A model generated the notes under the pieces. The model was not told the origin of the DNA and made no database searches. It worked only from the letters and a program-made list of their open reading frames with translations. The position numbers and the translations under genes are program-made. Shown here piece by piece: positions 13,637 through 26,454 of a stretch of 64,000 nucleotides of DNA. Positions within the stretch are counted from its first letter, which is position 1, and each line of letters begins with the position of its first letter. Source of the DNA: Eledone cirrhosa (lineage: Eukaryota); the NCBI GenBank assembly GCA_964016885.1, contig OZ024758.1, forward strand, positions 17,732,001 through 17,796,000. The letters are read 5' to 3'.

Positions 13637-13912
13637 GGAGTGTAACTTGGAGTTACTGTAGGTTCACCCGGGTGAGCACTCGATGTTTAGGTTCACTTCT
13701 GTGTCGAGGTGTAGAGCTAGACAGAGTGTATTGTTGTGAAATAAGATAACAAGAACGATTGGTTACTCCATCTTTACGTTTATTGGTTGGTGGTTGGTGA
13801 CTCGCGTTTCACCATTGATCAGTTAAAGGTTCGATCTGTATCGATCTGACCATTCTCGGTAAGCCGCAGCTCGTCAGACCGGTGAACCTACAGTAACTCC
13901 AAGTTACACTCC
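13637..13912 (-). mobile_element. 276-bp element with perfect 32-bp terminal inverted repeats enclosing a hammerhead
   Basis: GGAGTGTAACTTGGAGTTACTGTAGGTTCACC (13637-13668) and its reverse complement (13881-13912); flanked by (TA)n. Confidence 0.85.
13796..13880 (-). ncRNA. Type I hammerhead with extended stem II
   Basis: Minus strand: GGT CTGACGA [~60 nt] GAAAC GCGA GTC ACC, then AATAAA; GUC cleavage triplet. Confidence 0.75.
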
Positions 13913-14014
13913 ATGGATATATATATATAATAATAATTTCTATGTATATATAGAAACATATGTATATATTTTTATAAATACATATAAGTAGTTATATCTA
14001 CATGGACATGCAAA

Positions 14015-14081
<67 letters not shown>

Positions 14082-14087
<6 letters not shown>

Positions 14088-14175
14088 AGATTCAGGAACC
14101 CGACGGCTCAGCTCTGCCGTTTTGACAGCCAGATCCGAACTAGGTGGCCCACCTGGTATCTTAACACACCCTCTT
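14082..14175. mobile_element. Fragment of the GAGCTC fold-back family (see 36158)
   Basis: ATGAAAAGATTCAGGAACCCGACGGCTCAGCTC and CCACCTGGTATCTT match 29772-29966. Confidence 0.7.
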
Positions 14176-14185
14176 GGTGTGTGTG

Positions 14186-14222
<37 letters not shown>

Positions 14223-14442
14223 TTTTTTCACCTCCTCCTTCTTTCTCTCTCCCCTCTCTCTCTCAGTTTTTCTTTACCTCAGCTTCTTCTTTTTTTTTTT
14301 CTCCGTCTTTTTGTAACTGTGCTTAACACTATAACTAAATAATTATAAACACTTCACTACCAAGGCAGCCTCCTAATTTAATGGTCGCTTATATTATGGT
14401 ACGTCAAAATTATTTATAAAACTGTTTATATATTATATATTG

Positions 14443-14508
14443 TATTTTATCTGACGAAGGCATGCCATATTTTTAATATGGTATCCCTGAAATATGTATA
14501 ATGAAATA
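14443..14508 (+). ncRNA. Type I hammerhead ribozyme motif
   Basis: TATTTTAT CTGACGA AGGCATGCCATAT-TTTTA-ATATGGTATCCCT GAAA TATGTAT A ATGAAATA; same stem III as 12959. Confidence 0.82.
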
Positions 14509-14548
14509 AATATGGTTTTATAAATATAGTTTCCATTTGTTTAATATC

Positions 14549-14597
<49 letters not shown>

Positions 14598-15098
14598 TAG
14601 CGAGAGAGAGTGAAAGGGAGAGATGAAAACAGAGAAATAGATATATAGGTAGATATCTATATACATGTATGCATATATATACATGTATGTGTTTGTGTAT
14701 GTTATATATATGTGTGTATGCATGTATATACATACACAAGCATAATAAGACTCTATTTTTTCCATTTAGTTAAAATATACATTTTGACCTTTAACGGAAT
14801 CAATAACAGCATTTTTTTAGAATTAGTTTACCTTAGGGTATCTTAATTATGGAATTATATTCTACATGTACGAAGAACCTAAGTATGAACCCGATGCTAT
14901 GAGTACCGTTATTCTTTGTATATGGAAGTTTAGTCTAGATATGTTAAGTACAGTAATGGTACCGGCACTTGTGTGTGGTTATAGAGTTCATTTTGCAACA
15001 ATATAGCTTTGAGTTCAGCCCCACTACTTTAGCTGTAAATGACCAATTTTTTTTTAGTGAAATTTAGTATATGGTGCCTGTATAGATGCCCATTATAT

Positions 15099-15317
15099 CA
15101 GGCATGTCATATTGAGGGTCCCTTGAGGGCCACGTGAGTCATAAATGTGTTGTCTGAGGGCCACACATGACAACTAATTATACACATTATAACTTATATT
15201 TTATATTTTATATTACAAAGATAAAACATGCTTGCATTGTAAAAACGTTTGTGTGGGCCACAGGTGTACTTGAAATGGGCTGCATGTGGCCTGTGGGTCG
15301 CATGTTTGACATGCCTG
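15099..15317. mobile_element. hAT (Charlie-like) MITE
   Basis: TIR CAGGCATGTCA / TGACATGCCTG and perfect 8-bp TSD CATTATAT (15091-15098, 15318-15325). Confidence 0.92.
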
Positions 15318-15332
15318 CATTATATCCTTATC

Positions 15333-15506
15333 TGGATTGGCAGCATCGGTAGAGGGTCGGATGCCATGCTTTGCAGCATAGAGTTACACGCCTTTATGAT
15401 CTGAGGTCAAATCCTGCCGAGGTTAACTTTGCCTTTCATCCTTATGGGGTCGATGAAATAAAGTACCAGTAATGTACTTGGATTGTGCCAAAAGTAGAAA
15501 CAATTA
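15333..15506 (+). mobile_element. SINE-A
   Basis: Family match. Confidence 0.85.
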
Positions 15507-16559
15507 TATCATTATCTCGTTGTTCTTTTCTTCTTCACCCACTTATTTCTGAATGTATCAAAGGGATTGAGTCCTCAGTCACACCTTCCAGACGGCCTTA
15601 TCAGAAGACATTTGAACTTCTTCCCCTATTTCAGTAAAATTTCACACATATACAGATTGCACTTTGCAGATTTTCACAAAAGGATGAATGTCTCAAATTG
15701 TGCAACATTGACTTTCATTCCTGCTATGCAACACCCAGCAGCAAACCTATCAAGTGCTTGACAGAGACACTTACATTTTCTTTTAGAATACAATTGAGTG
15801 AATCAGAAACTGAAGTCACAAAACATGTGACTAAGATCTCTGTACAGAATAATATAGGACTGTTACTGGCTGGTTTTCTACAGCTGGATGCCCTTTCTTA
15901 TGCTAATCACATTGACAGCGTGTGCTGGGTGCTTTTTGCCATATCTTTTACATATCCACTTTACAGTGAGGGCTGAATGTTTTTAATATTATGTAAAACC
16001 ATATCCAGGACCTTGATTTCAAACTTATATTATTAACCATAACATAACAGCCATAACACAACATTGATATTATGTAAAATTGAATCCAGGAACTCATGAT
16101 TGTGAACTTATATTATTCACCACTCGGCCATAATATAAATATTATATAAAATCATATCCAGCACCTCATGATTGAGATCTTATATTATTAACCACTGAGC
16201 CATAACATAACATTAATATTATGTAAAATTAATGTTATACATCCTTAATATAAATTTGATATTACACTGAATAACTGGCACATTGTCTAACATAAAGTAT
16301 TAAATGAAATTCTCAGACAAAGCATGAACAAAACAAGATATATATCAACAAAACACACCAGTCAAACAATTAATACAGAAACATGTGTTTAATATACCTT
16401 ATAGATTAAAATTGAAATTAATTGAAAAGAGAAAACTTACTGCAATCAAAAATATTTCTAAAAGTAATTTGAGAATAATTGCATCATTCATAATCTATTT
16501 TAATTGATATCTTGGTTTGTGAACTTCCTTCTTATTGAATATAATATGGAATATAAGTC

Positions 16560-16815
16560 ATTGATAATTATGATTATTATTGATGATGATAATGATGATG
16601 ATGATGATAATGATGATGATGATAATGATAATGACGATAATGATGAAGATGATGATGATGATGATGATAATGATAATGACGATAATGATGAAGATGATGA
16701 TAATTATGATGATGATGATAATGATAATGATGATAATGATGAAGATGGCGATGATGATGGTGATGATGGTGATGGCGATAATGGTAATGATGATGATGGT
16801 GATGACAATGACAAC
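16560..16815. repeat. Degenerate (GAT)n trinucleotide repeat
   Basis: Directly visible. Confidence 0.95.
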
Positions 16816-16942
16816 ATTAAAATTATAATATAATTCACTCTAACAATATAATGTGACTCAATACAATAGAACTAATACATACACATGAACATGTAGTGTT
16901 ATACAAAGGTGTGAATGTATAAATATGACAGACATTACTACT

Positions 16943-17012
<70 letters not shown>

Positions 17013-17016
<4 letters not shown>

Positions 17017-17362
17017 TGTTTCTACGTTTGGCACAAGGCCGACAATTACCCAGTGCATTACTGGTACTTTATTTTATCGACCTCGTAAGGATGAAAGGCA
17101 AAGTCAACCTCAGCGGGATTTGAACTCAGATCGTAAAGGGACATAACTAATGGTTTCTCATATAGGCACAAGGCCATCAATTTGGGGGGAGGGGAAAGTC
17201 GAGTAAATCGACCCCAGTGGGTGACTGGTACTTTACTTTATCGACCCCGTAAGGATGAAAGGCAAAGTTAACCTCAGCGGTATTTGAACTCAGATCATAA
17301 AGGGCCGTAACTCTTTGCTGCAAAGCATAGCATCCGACCCTCCACCGATACTGCCAATTCAC
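17013..17362 (-). mobile_element. Two SINE-A copies (second has a longer tail variant) next to (CTA)n(TAA)n
   Basis: Family match; the variant carries GGGGAAAGTCGAGTAAATCGACCCCAGT. Confidence 0.85.
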
Positions 17363-17587
17363 CAATAATAATAATAATGGTTTCTTTATTGACATGAAGA
17401 AAAACATTATAGACAGCTCAGAACGGTACAGGACGATACAAAGTGGGTTTTGGCCGTGTAAACAGGTTATAACAAGATAGAAATCGGGATAGAAATCAAA
17501 AAAATTCAAACAACAAAAATTCCCCAAAAAGAGGGAAACCTCCGAGGGTCACTCATGGCAAAAACCACACAAAAGACCATGCTCACC

Positions 17588-18070
17588 CTGACCACAATAG
17601 AAGCCAATAGATCTGATATAATACTGAAGAACTTTAAAAAGAGGGTATGCCTGCTATTTGACATATCCGTTCCTATAGGCAAGAATGTATCTATAAACAC
17701 ATTTGAAAAATTGGGCAAGTATAAAGACCTGGAGATAGATAGAGATTGGAAAAATGTGGAAGTTGAGAACTAAAATAATACCAGTGGTTGTAGGCACTCT
17801 AGGAATGATACCTAAGGGGTCAAATGATTGCTTATCCCAAATCCCAGGAAACCCGCGTATGGAAGAAATACAAAAGATAGTACTAATGGGAACTGCCCAT
17901 ATACTAAGGAAGATTCTGTCAATATAAATACATGACAGGTCTAAACACCTAAAGATTTCATGTGTAGGTGTATGTGTTCTTTCTTGAACATGGCAGACCT
18001 TGTTGTCTCTTGAGGTCACTGGTTGTGACTTGCTGATAAAGCAAGATAAATGGAAAAAAAAAAAAAATAA
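17588..18070 (+). mobile_element. 5'-truncated R4/Dong-like non-LTR retrotransposon (restriction-like endonuclease C-terminus), frameshifted
   Basis: Translation ANRSDII...LFDISVP...EKLGKYKDLEI, frameshift, then KMWKLRTKIIPVVVGTLGMIPK...IQKIVLMGTAHILRKILSI* (stop 17925-17927); 3' UTR and A-rich tail. Confidence 0.85.
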
Positions 18071-18079
18071 TAGTTACTA

Positions 18080-19046
18080 GTATAGGCACAAGGCCAGTAA
18101 TTTGGGGGAGGGGAAAGTCGTTTAATATCGACCCCAGTATGTTACTGGTGCTTTATTTTATCGACCCTGTAAGTATGAAATGCAAAGCTAACCTCGGTGG
18201 GATTTGAACTCGGATCATAAAGGTGTGTAACTCTATGTTGCAAAGCATGGTGTCCGACACTCTACCAATGCTGCTAACCCATAATAATTGTTTCTACTTT
18301 TGGCACAAGGCCAGCAAACACTGCAGTGTATTACTGGTACTTTATTTTATCAACCCCTTAAGGCAAAGTTAGCAGTGGCTGGATTTGAATTCAGAACGTA
18401 AATGGCCATAACTCTATGCTGCAAAGCATGGTGTCTGACACTCTACCTCTACTTCCAATCAATCAACCTTTTTGGAAATAATGGCCAGCAATTACCCAGT
18501 GCATTACTGGTACTTTATTTTATCGACCTCGTGAAGATGAAAGGCAAAGTAAACCTCAGCAGGATTTGAACTCAGACCGTAAAGGGACGTAACTATGCTG
18601 GAAAGCATGGCGTCCGACTCTCTACCAATACTGCCAATCCACCGCCCTTAGTATAGTATATATAAAATAATTGTTTCTACTTTTGGCACAAGGCCAGCAA
18701 TCACCCAGTACATTACTGGTACTTTATTTTATCGACCCCGTAAGGATGAAAGGCAAAGTTAACCTTAGCGGGATTTGAACTCAGAATGGCAAGGGTCGTA
18801 ACTCTATGCATCAAAGCATGGCGTCTGACCCTCTACCTATACTGCCAATCCTAATAATTGCTTCTACTTTTGGCACAAGGCCAACAATCACCCAGTACAT
18901 TACTGGTACTTTATTTTATCGACCCCGTAAGGATGAAAGGCAAAGTTAACCTTGGCGGGATTTGAACTCAGAATGGCAAGGGTCGTAACTCTATGAGTCA
19001 AAGCATGGCATTCACGCCCGCTACCGATACTGCCAATCCACTGCCC
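18080..19046 (-). mobile_element. Cluster of five tandem SINE-A copies
   Basis: Five consecutive same-orientation copies; the last two are flanked by duplicated TTAGTATAGTATATATAAAATAAT. Confidence 0.9.
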
Positions 19047-19332
19047 TTAGTATAGTATATATAAAATAATGTGAATGCTAAAGGGTTAAGGTCAATAAAA
19101 AAGTACCATTGATTCCTCCTCTATATCTCTTTCTGACTTTCATTCTCTCACTCTCTATTCTTTTCGGGAAGAAATCTGATGTATTCAAACCTGGAGAAGG
19201 ATAGGCTCTGTCTTCACTTTCATCACATTTGTACATTATTCTATGTACTATGCATGCACCTTTGATGATATATAGTGTACCTGAGCACTGTACTCAATAA
19301 TTTTCATTATTAACTGCTGTATGTCAATATAG

Positions 19333-19521
19333 TTGTTTCTACTTTTAACACAAGGCCAGCAATTATTCCAGTGCATTACTGGTACTTTATTTTATCGACC
19401 CTGTAAGCATGAAAGACAAAGTTAACCTTGGCGGGATTTGAACTCAGATCGTAAAGGGCCGTAACTCTATGCTGCAAAGCATGTTGCCTGACGTTCTACC
19501 GATACTGCCAATCCACTGCCC
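19333..19521 (-). mobile_element. SINE-A with TSD
   Basis: Flanked by CTGTAT(G/A)TCAATATAGT on both sides. Confidence 0.9.
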
Positions 19522-20394
19522 TTCTGTATATCAATATAGTACGGCTACAACATGGTCAAGAGTTACGGAACCATTATCGTTTCTATAGTGTATTATTTAT
19601 GATTTGGTCAGTTAATAGAATTTTAGCATCATTCCACTGTTTTGTCTCAATTTAATAAATAAATTAAAATCTTTTGCCCAATAAGGACAAATTAGAAATA
19701 CTACTACAACATTTATTTAACAAGGGTTTAGATGAAAACACAGATAACAACGAAAGAGAATGTGAGACAGGTAGTTTAAGTAACTCTGTGGTGGGTGGGA
19801 CATATATAAAACAAAACAAATAAAATGAAATAAAATAAAAATATAATAAAAATAAACGAAGTTGATTTAGAATTTGGTGATCTATACATTGCTAAAAATC
19901 TTTCTTTCATACAAAAATAAAATAGAATTAGCATAATAATATACAGATGCTGCTAATAAATGTTTTGAAAGAAGAATAAAAAGAAAAATCTTCTTTTCTA
20001 TATGAAACTAAATAGACAAATGGTTTATTGTCAGAAGCAATGCTGGAAATATAAAATAGAAAGTAATATAAAAAAGATAAAAAAGATAACATAATCAAAT
20101 TCCTAAAATAAGTATAACTTTAGGTAGAAAATAACATCATTCTATTTCTAGCAAGTGTCAAGACAATTCTTTAAAAAATATATATATTTTGTATTCTTTC
20201 TTGACCTTTTATATTTAATAGCCTAAAAGGGACACGTTTGTGGTTACTATATTTCTACATGAACTTTACACAATCAAAAAGTCAAATAAGTCAACATTTT
20301 AATAGTTCAAATGAAATGTAATTTTTTTCCTATACTTTTCACTTGAATTTGAATAAAGATTATTATATATTTATGACAACCTCTTCTACTTCCT

Positions 20395-20500
20395 TTTCTT
20401 CTTCTTCTTCTTCTTCTTCTTCTTCTTCTTCTTCTTCTTCTTCTTCTTCTTCTTCTTCTTCTTCTTCTTCTTCTTCTTCTTCTTCTTCTTCTTCTTCTTT
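20395..20500. repeat. (CTT)n microsatellite
   Basis: Directly visible. Confidence 0.97.
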
Positions 20501-20827
20501 TTCTTTAATCGTTATATATATATATATACATACACATACACACGCCGACTTTCTTTCTGCAGTTTACATTACACATACTTTGTTTCGTTTCTATATATGT
20601 GTGTGGACATGTTCAGTATTATGTGCCTGTATGAGTATGTGACAGTTTCACACAGGATTCTCAATATATTCTTCTTACATTGCTATGATGCATATAATAT
20701 ATGCATACCAATGTGATTATTTCAAAATTTCCCCGAAGAAGACATGAATATTAAAAGAAATGTATCAAAAAGATAATTAGTAGAATGTGAGTGTTTAAGT
20801 AGGATTAACTTAGAACATAAGGTATTA

Positions 20828-21642
20828 CCAGTTGAATGCTGCATATATTTTACACAGCTACAATTGCTGTGCTATTTGTTTAACCTGTTGAATGCTGCAT
20901 ATATTTTACACAGCTACAGTTGCTGTGCTATTTGTTTAACCTGTTGAATGGTGTGTATATTTTACACAGCTACAGTTGCTGTGTTGAATGCTGTGTATAT
21001 TTTACACAGCTACAGTTGCTGTGCTATTTGTTTAACCTGTTGAATACTGTGTATATTTTACACGGCTACAGTTGCTGTGCTGTTTGTATTACCTGTTGAA
21101 TGCTGTGTATATTTTACATGGCTACAGTTGCTGTGTTGTGTTGTTTTACCTGTTGAATGCTGTGTATATTTTACAAAGTTACAGTTGCTGTGCTATTTGT
21201 TTAACCTGTTGAATGCTGTGTATATTTTACACGGCTACAGTTGCTGTGCTATTTGTATTACCTGTTGAATGCTGTGTGTATTTTACACAGTTACAGTTGC
21301 TGTGTTGTTTGTTTTACCTGTTGAATGCTGTGTATATTTTACACAGTTACTGTTGTTGTGTTGTTTGTTTTACCTGTTGAATGCTGTGTATATTTTACAC
21401 AGTTACAGTTGTTGTGTTGTTTGTTTTACCTGTTGAATGCTGTGTATATTTTACACAGCTACAGTTGCTGTGCTGTTTGTTTTACCTGTTGAATGCTGTG
21501 TATATTTTACACAGCTACAGTTGCTGTGCTGTTTGTTTAACATCTTGAATGCTACAAATAAATTACACATCTACAGTTGTTGTACTGTTTGTTTAACCTG
21601 TTGACTGCCCTGTATATTTTACACAGCTACAGTTGCTGTGCC
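20828..21642. repeat. 56-bp minisatellite, ~14-15 copies
   Basis: Unit CCTGTTGAATGCTGTGTATATTTTACACAGCTACAGTTGCTGTGCTGTTTGTTTTA. Confidence 0.95.
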
Positions 21643-23702
21643 GGCTTATTTTCAGTAAATTGACATATTTTAAACAACACATATCTGAATGATTGACAAA
21701 TGTCACATCAATAAACTAGTAACCCCACCTAGCTTTAAAGTTGGAAATGAGTTCAAACAGGTTAAGACAAGTAATCTCATCCATGGCACTGGAATTCACG
21801 CATGTTAAGACGAGTTACCTTGTTTATGGAACTGAAGAGGTTAACCCTTTTGTTACTCTATTTCTAATAAAGATATGATTTTAAAATCATTTTGAAAATA
21901 AACATGTATTTATTGGTGTGTAGTAATATAACTAACTTTCTAATTAAGTTGGTGTTGGGCACATAACTTGACAAAGCAGTGAAGACATCTGGTGTCCTTG
22001 GCCGTAGGACCACCTCTCTGTTCACCATCATTGGCCCGGTGTTGGCTAGCGACAGGTGTGAGCCTCACAAGCTGGAATGACACTTCCAATGTGTCTCTGT
22101 TACCATCCTTCGGGGACATGCCTTGTCTATTCTGTCCTCTAATCTCCCAGACAGGCTAGAGATCTATGTCTAATGAAGGGTTCTCCCAATCCTTTGTTTG
22201 CCAAGCTTTTTATGGCTGGATGCCCTTCCTGTAACCAACCACTTTACAGCATGTACTGGATACATTTTTCATTTAGATCACCAACACCAATGAGGCTGCC
22301 GTGTCCTTGACATGACTACAGGTCTTTCCATCCCAATTATTTCCCAGGGCTAACAAAATTTACCAAATATTCTAGGTGAATCATTTGAGCAGTGATAACT
22401 ATTGCATTTAAAATTTTGTTTTCCTACAAGTCATTTAGACATCTTTGTTCATTTAATATAGACATATTTATCATGGATTCTGAGTAATATTTTGTTAACT
22501 TCTGCACTATTAATTGCAAAAGGTTAGATTTGGATAATATTCGTATAGTTTGCTCTCTTTTATGACTTAATCTAGTTGTCTTTAATGTATTGTAAGTTAA
22601 GCCATTTGATTCTCTGTCACTCATTCAGGTTTGAAACAAGAAGTCAATATGATAATTACAGCAGCAGAGATCTGTAATGCAGATAATAAGATATACAGCA
22701 GCTGTGGGATATTACGACATAACATAGATTCTTCTGGGAACAGGTAGGTGCTTTTTCAATATGATTCTGGAAAAAAAAAAAAATACAGCATGTGTTTGAT
22801 GATCACTTGAAAAAAAAAAAATCAATTTATGATACTTATGCTTATGAGAAGGGCAAGATATTCACTGAATTATACATATTCTCCTGTTTTTCATAGATCA
22901 ATTACCATCATGTAAGAAGTACTGTACTGGTCAAGATAAGATTTTGTGTCCTTCTCAAATCTATTTTATTCTCTCTTTCATAAATGGTGGTGGAGAAAAA
23001 ATTTGAATAACTTTCCTTTGCATTTGCAAGACATCTTTAATATAATCATAAAAATATTGGATCAAAAAGCCAGAGACTCTTTTGAGGGATATTGGGAATT
23101 CAACTCAAATATGCAGGCAAGGTACTTATATCATTGATTCTTGAGAGATGAAAAGTAAATTCGCCTCTAGCAAGATTTAAAGGAATATTATGCAGGTACA
23201 AAATTAAATACTTTAAAGCATTTATTCCAACACAGCCAGGTTTCCCTTGCCTTTATAAAAGTAATTTTCAGTAGGAAGTATAAAACATACATATTTGGAG
23301 GTGAAAGAACTAAGACGATAACATTTTTAACTAAGAGGACATAGGTATGAAGTTGAAAGTCCCCCAAGGCAGGTCATTGATATTTTAGTTTTACTGTTAC
23401 TTTTATAAGCCCCAAGCTATACACTTATTGGAAATAGGGGCCATGTTCATGTAAGAATATTATATAAATAGACTGTAATCTCATAACACACACGTGTGTG
23501 TATGTCTGTAGATAAATAGATCGCTAGAGACATCCATTTAGTATTGACGCTTGCTGGAATGGGTACTCAGTACCATAGTAGAGATTAATATATTTTTAAA
23601 GGCCTGCTGCACTGGGGTTATATACTATTCGATAATCAAGTACTGACTGAGGGACAGGCACAATAAACAGTAAAAGTCAACTTATTGGAACTTAATATTA
23701 CC

Positions 23703-23759
<57 letters not shown>

Positions 23760-23897
23760 ACAGATGGGAATCTAATTACTCACTGCCACCAAAAATTCTC
23801 ACTGCTATCAAAAAACCACTCCCTCAACTATTCTTCTAACAACTTCACCCCTCCCTCCTAATATTCTCTATAAAAACCAAACAGGTCCTCAGTAAAA

Positions 23898-24015
23898 TTA
23901 TTCCGATGAAATGACAGTTGATAACATTGAAATATTGAATGTCTGCATAACTAATACTTTGTAGATAGCAGCTGTTTTCAGGTTATGTAACTGTTATAGA
24001 AACACGTGTCAATAA
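23898..24015 (+). ncRNA. Type I hammerhead with ~89-nt stem II and palindromic stem III
   Basis: TTATT CCGATGA A ATGACAGTT...AACTGTTAT A GAAAC ACGT GTC AATAA; U4C core substitution. Confidence 0.72.
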
Positions 24016-25013
24016 ATTCCTTTTAACTCTAAACTGTATCCATTAAAATCCTTCTATATATATATATATATATTGATGGCCAATTCAATACACACGTTCT
24101 TTTTCCACTCTTTACTTTCTTTTTATCTTCTGTTTCTATCTCTATCTTCTAGTGTCTGAAAACTTAAGACTCTCTTCCTGATATTTCGAGCGATAAACTA
24201 ATATATTTCTTTCATGCACTGCGCCGTTTGATTTGTTATTGAATGCACAGGTGAAACTCCAGGGTAACAAAACTCACCACTTAGCCGTAATAAAAGGAGC
24301 ATATATATATATAATAATAATAAAAAGGACAATTTGTTATGTCTTCATTATGTTTATTAAATATTGATGTGCATTTTGCTATTGATCACCTCAAGGTTCA
24401 ATCTGTATAGATCTAGCTAAAAGGCTCATGGACTAGAATCAAAATCTCATCGGTCTTCTGTTGTGGTAACAACAGGATGAACCACTTAGGACTTCGAAAT
24501 AGTATACAACGATTCACATTCATTTATGGTGGTCAATTTAAGTTTGTCTTGATTGGTGGTTTTGCTAGAAGGAATAATTGTGTATGTGTGATAGGTGAGG
24601 TGGAAGATTATCATCTGTATGAAACTGAGGCTAAGCACTAGAAGATTCTGTGAGACCTCAGTATAACTTTATTTTTTAATCAAACACACACAGCACTCAA
24701 ATAAGTTACAAACCAGTAACTAAATGAAAAATATACCTTGTATTTCAGTCTGGATGTACGTAAATTATGTGGTCTGGTGTGGTAGGAGATAATTTTGACA
24801 AACAACAATGTACTCATTCAACTTTTGCCAATTTAATTGAACTGGGTCTGTTTTGTTACAAAAATACATAAAGAAAAAAATTTGAAAATCCAATCAAAGA
24901 ATAAAACAAACCCCCAGTAAACATAGCACTTTTGTGACCTTTAGATACATTATATTTACATATATACGTACGTATATACATACACACACATATAAATATA
25001 CACACATAAATAT

Positions 25014-25049
<36 letters not shown>

Positions 25050-25288
25050 GCATATATATATACATATGCATATATATACATACATATATGCATATATATA
25101 CATATATATATATGCATATATATATACATATATATGCATATATATATATATACATATATATATGCATATATATATATATATATGCATATATATACATGTA
25201 TATATATATATACATATATATATGCATATATATATACATATATATAAGCATATATGTATACATATATACAGTATATGCATATATATAT

Positions 25289-25621
25289 CGAGGCACATGG
25301 CTTAGTGGTTAGAGTATTGGCCTTGCAATAGAAAGGTTGTGAGTTCAATTCTCAGATCGGGTGATGTGTTGTTTTCTTGAGCAAGACACTATTTCACATT
25401 GCTCCAGTTTACTCAGCTGTAGAAATGAGATGATAGGGGCTGGGGTCCATATCATTCCACTGCAAAGTGGCCATGGAGGTGCCACGGCAAAAAAAGCACC
25501 CAGCACTCACTGTAAATGAAGTTGGTGTTAGGAAGGGCATCCATCTGTAGAAATCAAGCCAGAATCAGTTCCCGTCCCACCCTTGCAAGCAGGAAAAAAG
25601 TGGACATAAAATGAAATGAAA
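25289..25621 (+). mobile_element. SINE family B (tRNA head, central domain, RTE-derived 3' tail)
   Basis: A box TGGCTTAGTGG, B-box-like GAGTTCAATTC; tail CCCACCCTTGCAAGCAGG...GGACATAAAATGA matches the RTE 3' end at 2844-2895. Confidence 0.9.
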
Positions 25622-25747
25622 TATATATATATATGCATATATGTATGCATATATATATATACATATATATATATACCAATATGTATCCATATATAAATAT
25701 ATATATTACCAGTCGGAGTTTAGCATTAAGCTATCTCTGTTATTGTA

Positions 25748-25822
<75 letters not shown>

Positions 25823-25838
25823 TATATATATATATATA

Positions 25839-25872
<34 letters not shown>

Positions 25873-25874
25873 TA

Positions 25875-25908
<34 letters not shown>

Positions 25909-25943
25909 TATATATATATATATATATATACATATATATATGC

Positions 25944-25976
<33 letters not shown>

Positions 25977-26262
25977 ATCGTCATTAATTAACATCTTCTT
26001 TCTCTGCTACCAAGGGTTGGACAATATTTATGTATATATAATTGTATATATTCGTATGTATACATATATTATATTATGTATTATATATATATATATACAT
26101 ATATTATATTTTGTATTATATATACTATACTATATATATAATTGTATATATGTGTATGTATATATGCATATATATATATGTGTGTATGTATATATGCATA
26201 TATATATAATTGTATATACGGGTATGTTTATATCCATATGCATGTATGTGTCTTTGCATGTA

Positions 26263-26293
<31 letters not shown>

Positions 26294-26454
26294 TCTTTTA
26301 AAAAAAATGTGTTGGTGTGTATGACCGCTGTCCCTCCTCCTCCTCTCTCTAGTTTTATGTTTCATTTCTGCCTCTCTCCAGACACTCTATTTATCTCTCT
26401 TCCCATTACTCATATGCTTTGGTTCATTATTTGTTATCTTTCTATTGCTATGTA

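Noticed and set aside
16504-16833. Poly-Asp acidic ORF
   Set aside because: Degenerate (GAT)n microsatellite
20828-21642. Regular repeat resembling a CRISPR array (also 33715 and 46340)
   Set aside because: Units are contiguous with no unique spacers, there are no cas genes, and the context is eukaryotic
21985-22170. Possible LINE 3' fragment
   Set aside because: Too decayed to assign from translation by eye
25289-25360. tRNA gene
   Set aside because: A/B boxes are present but there is no complete cloverleaf, and it always continues into the SINE body
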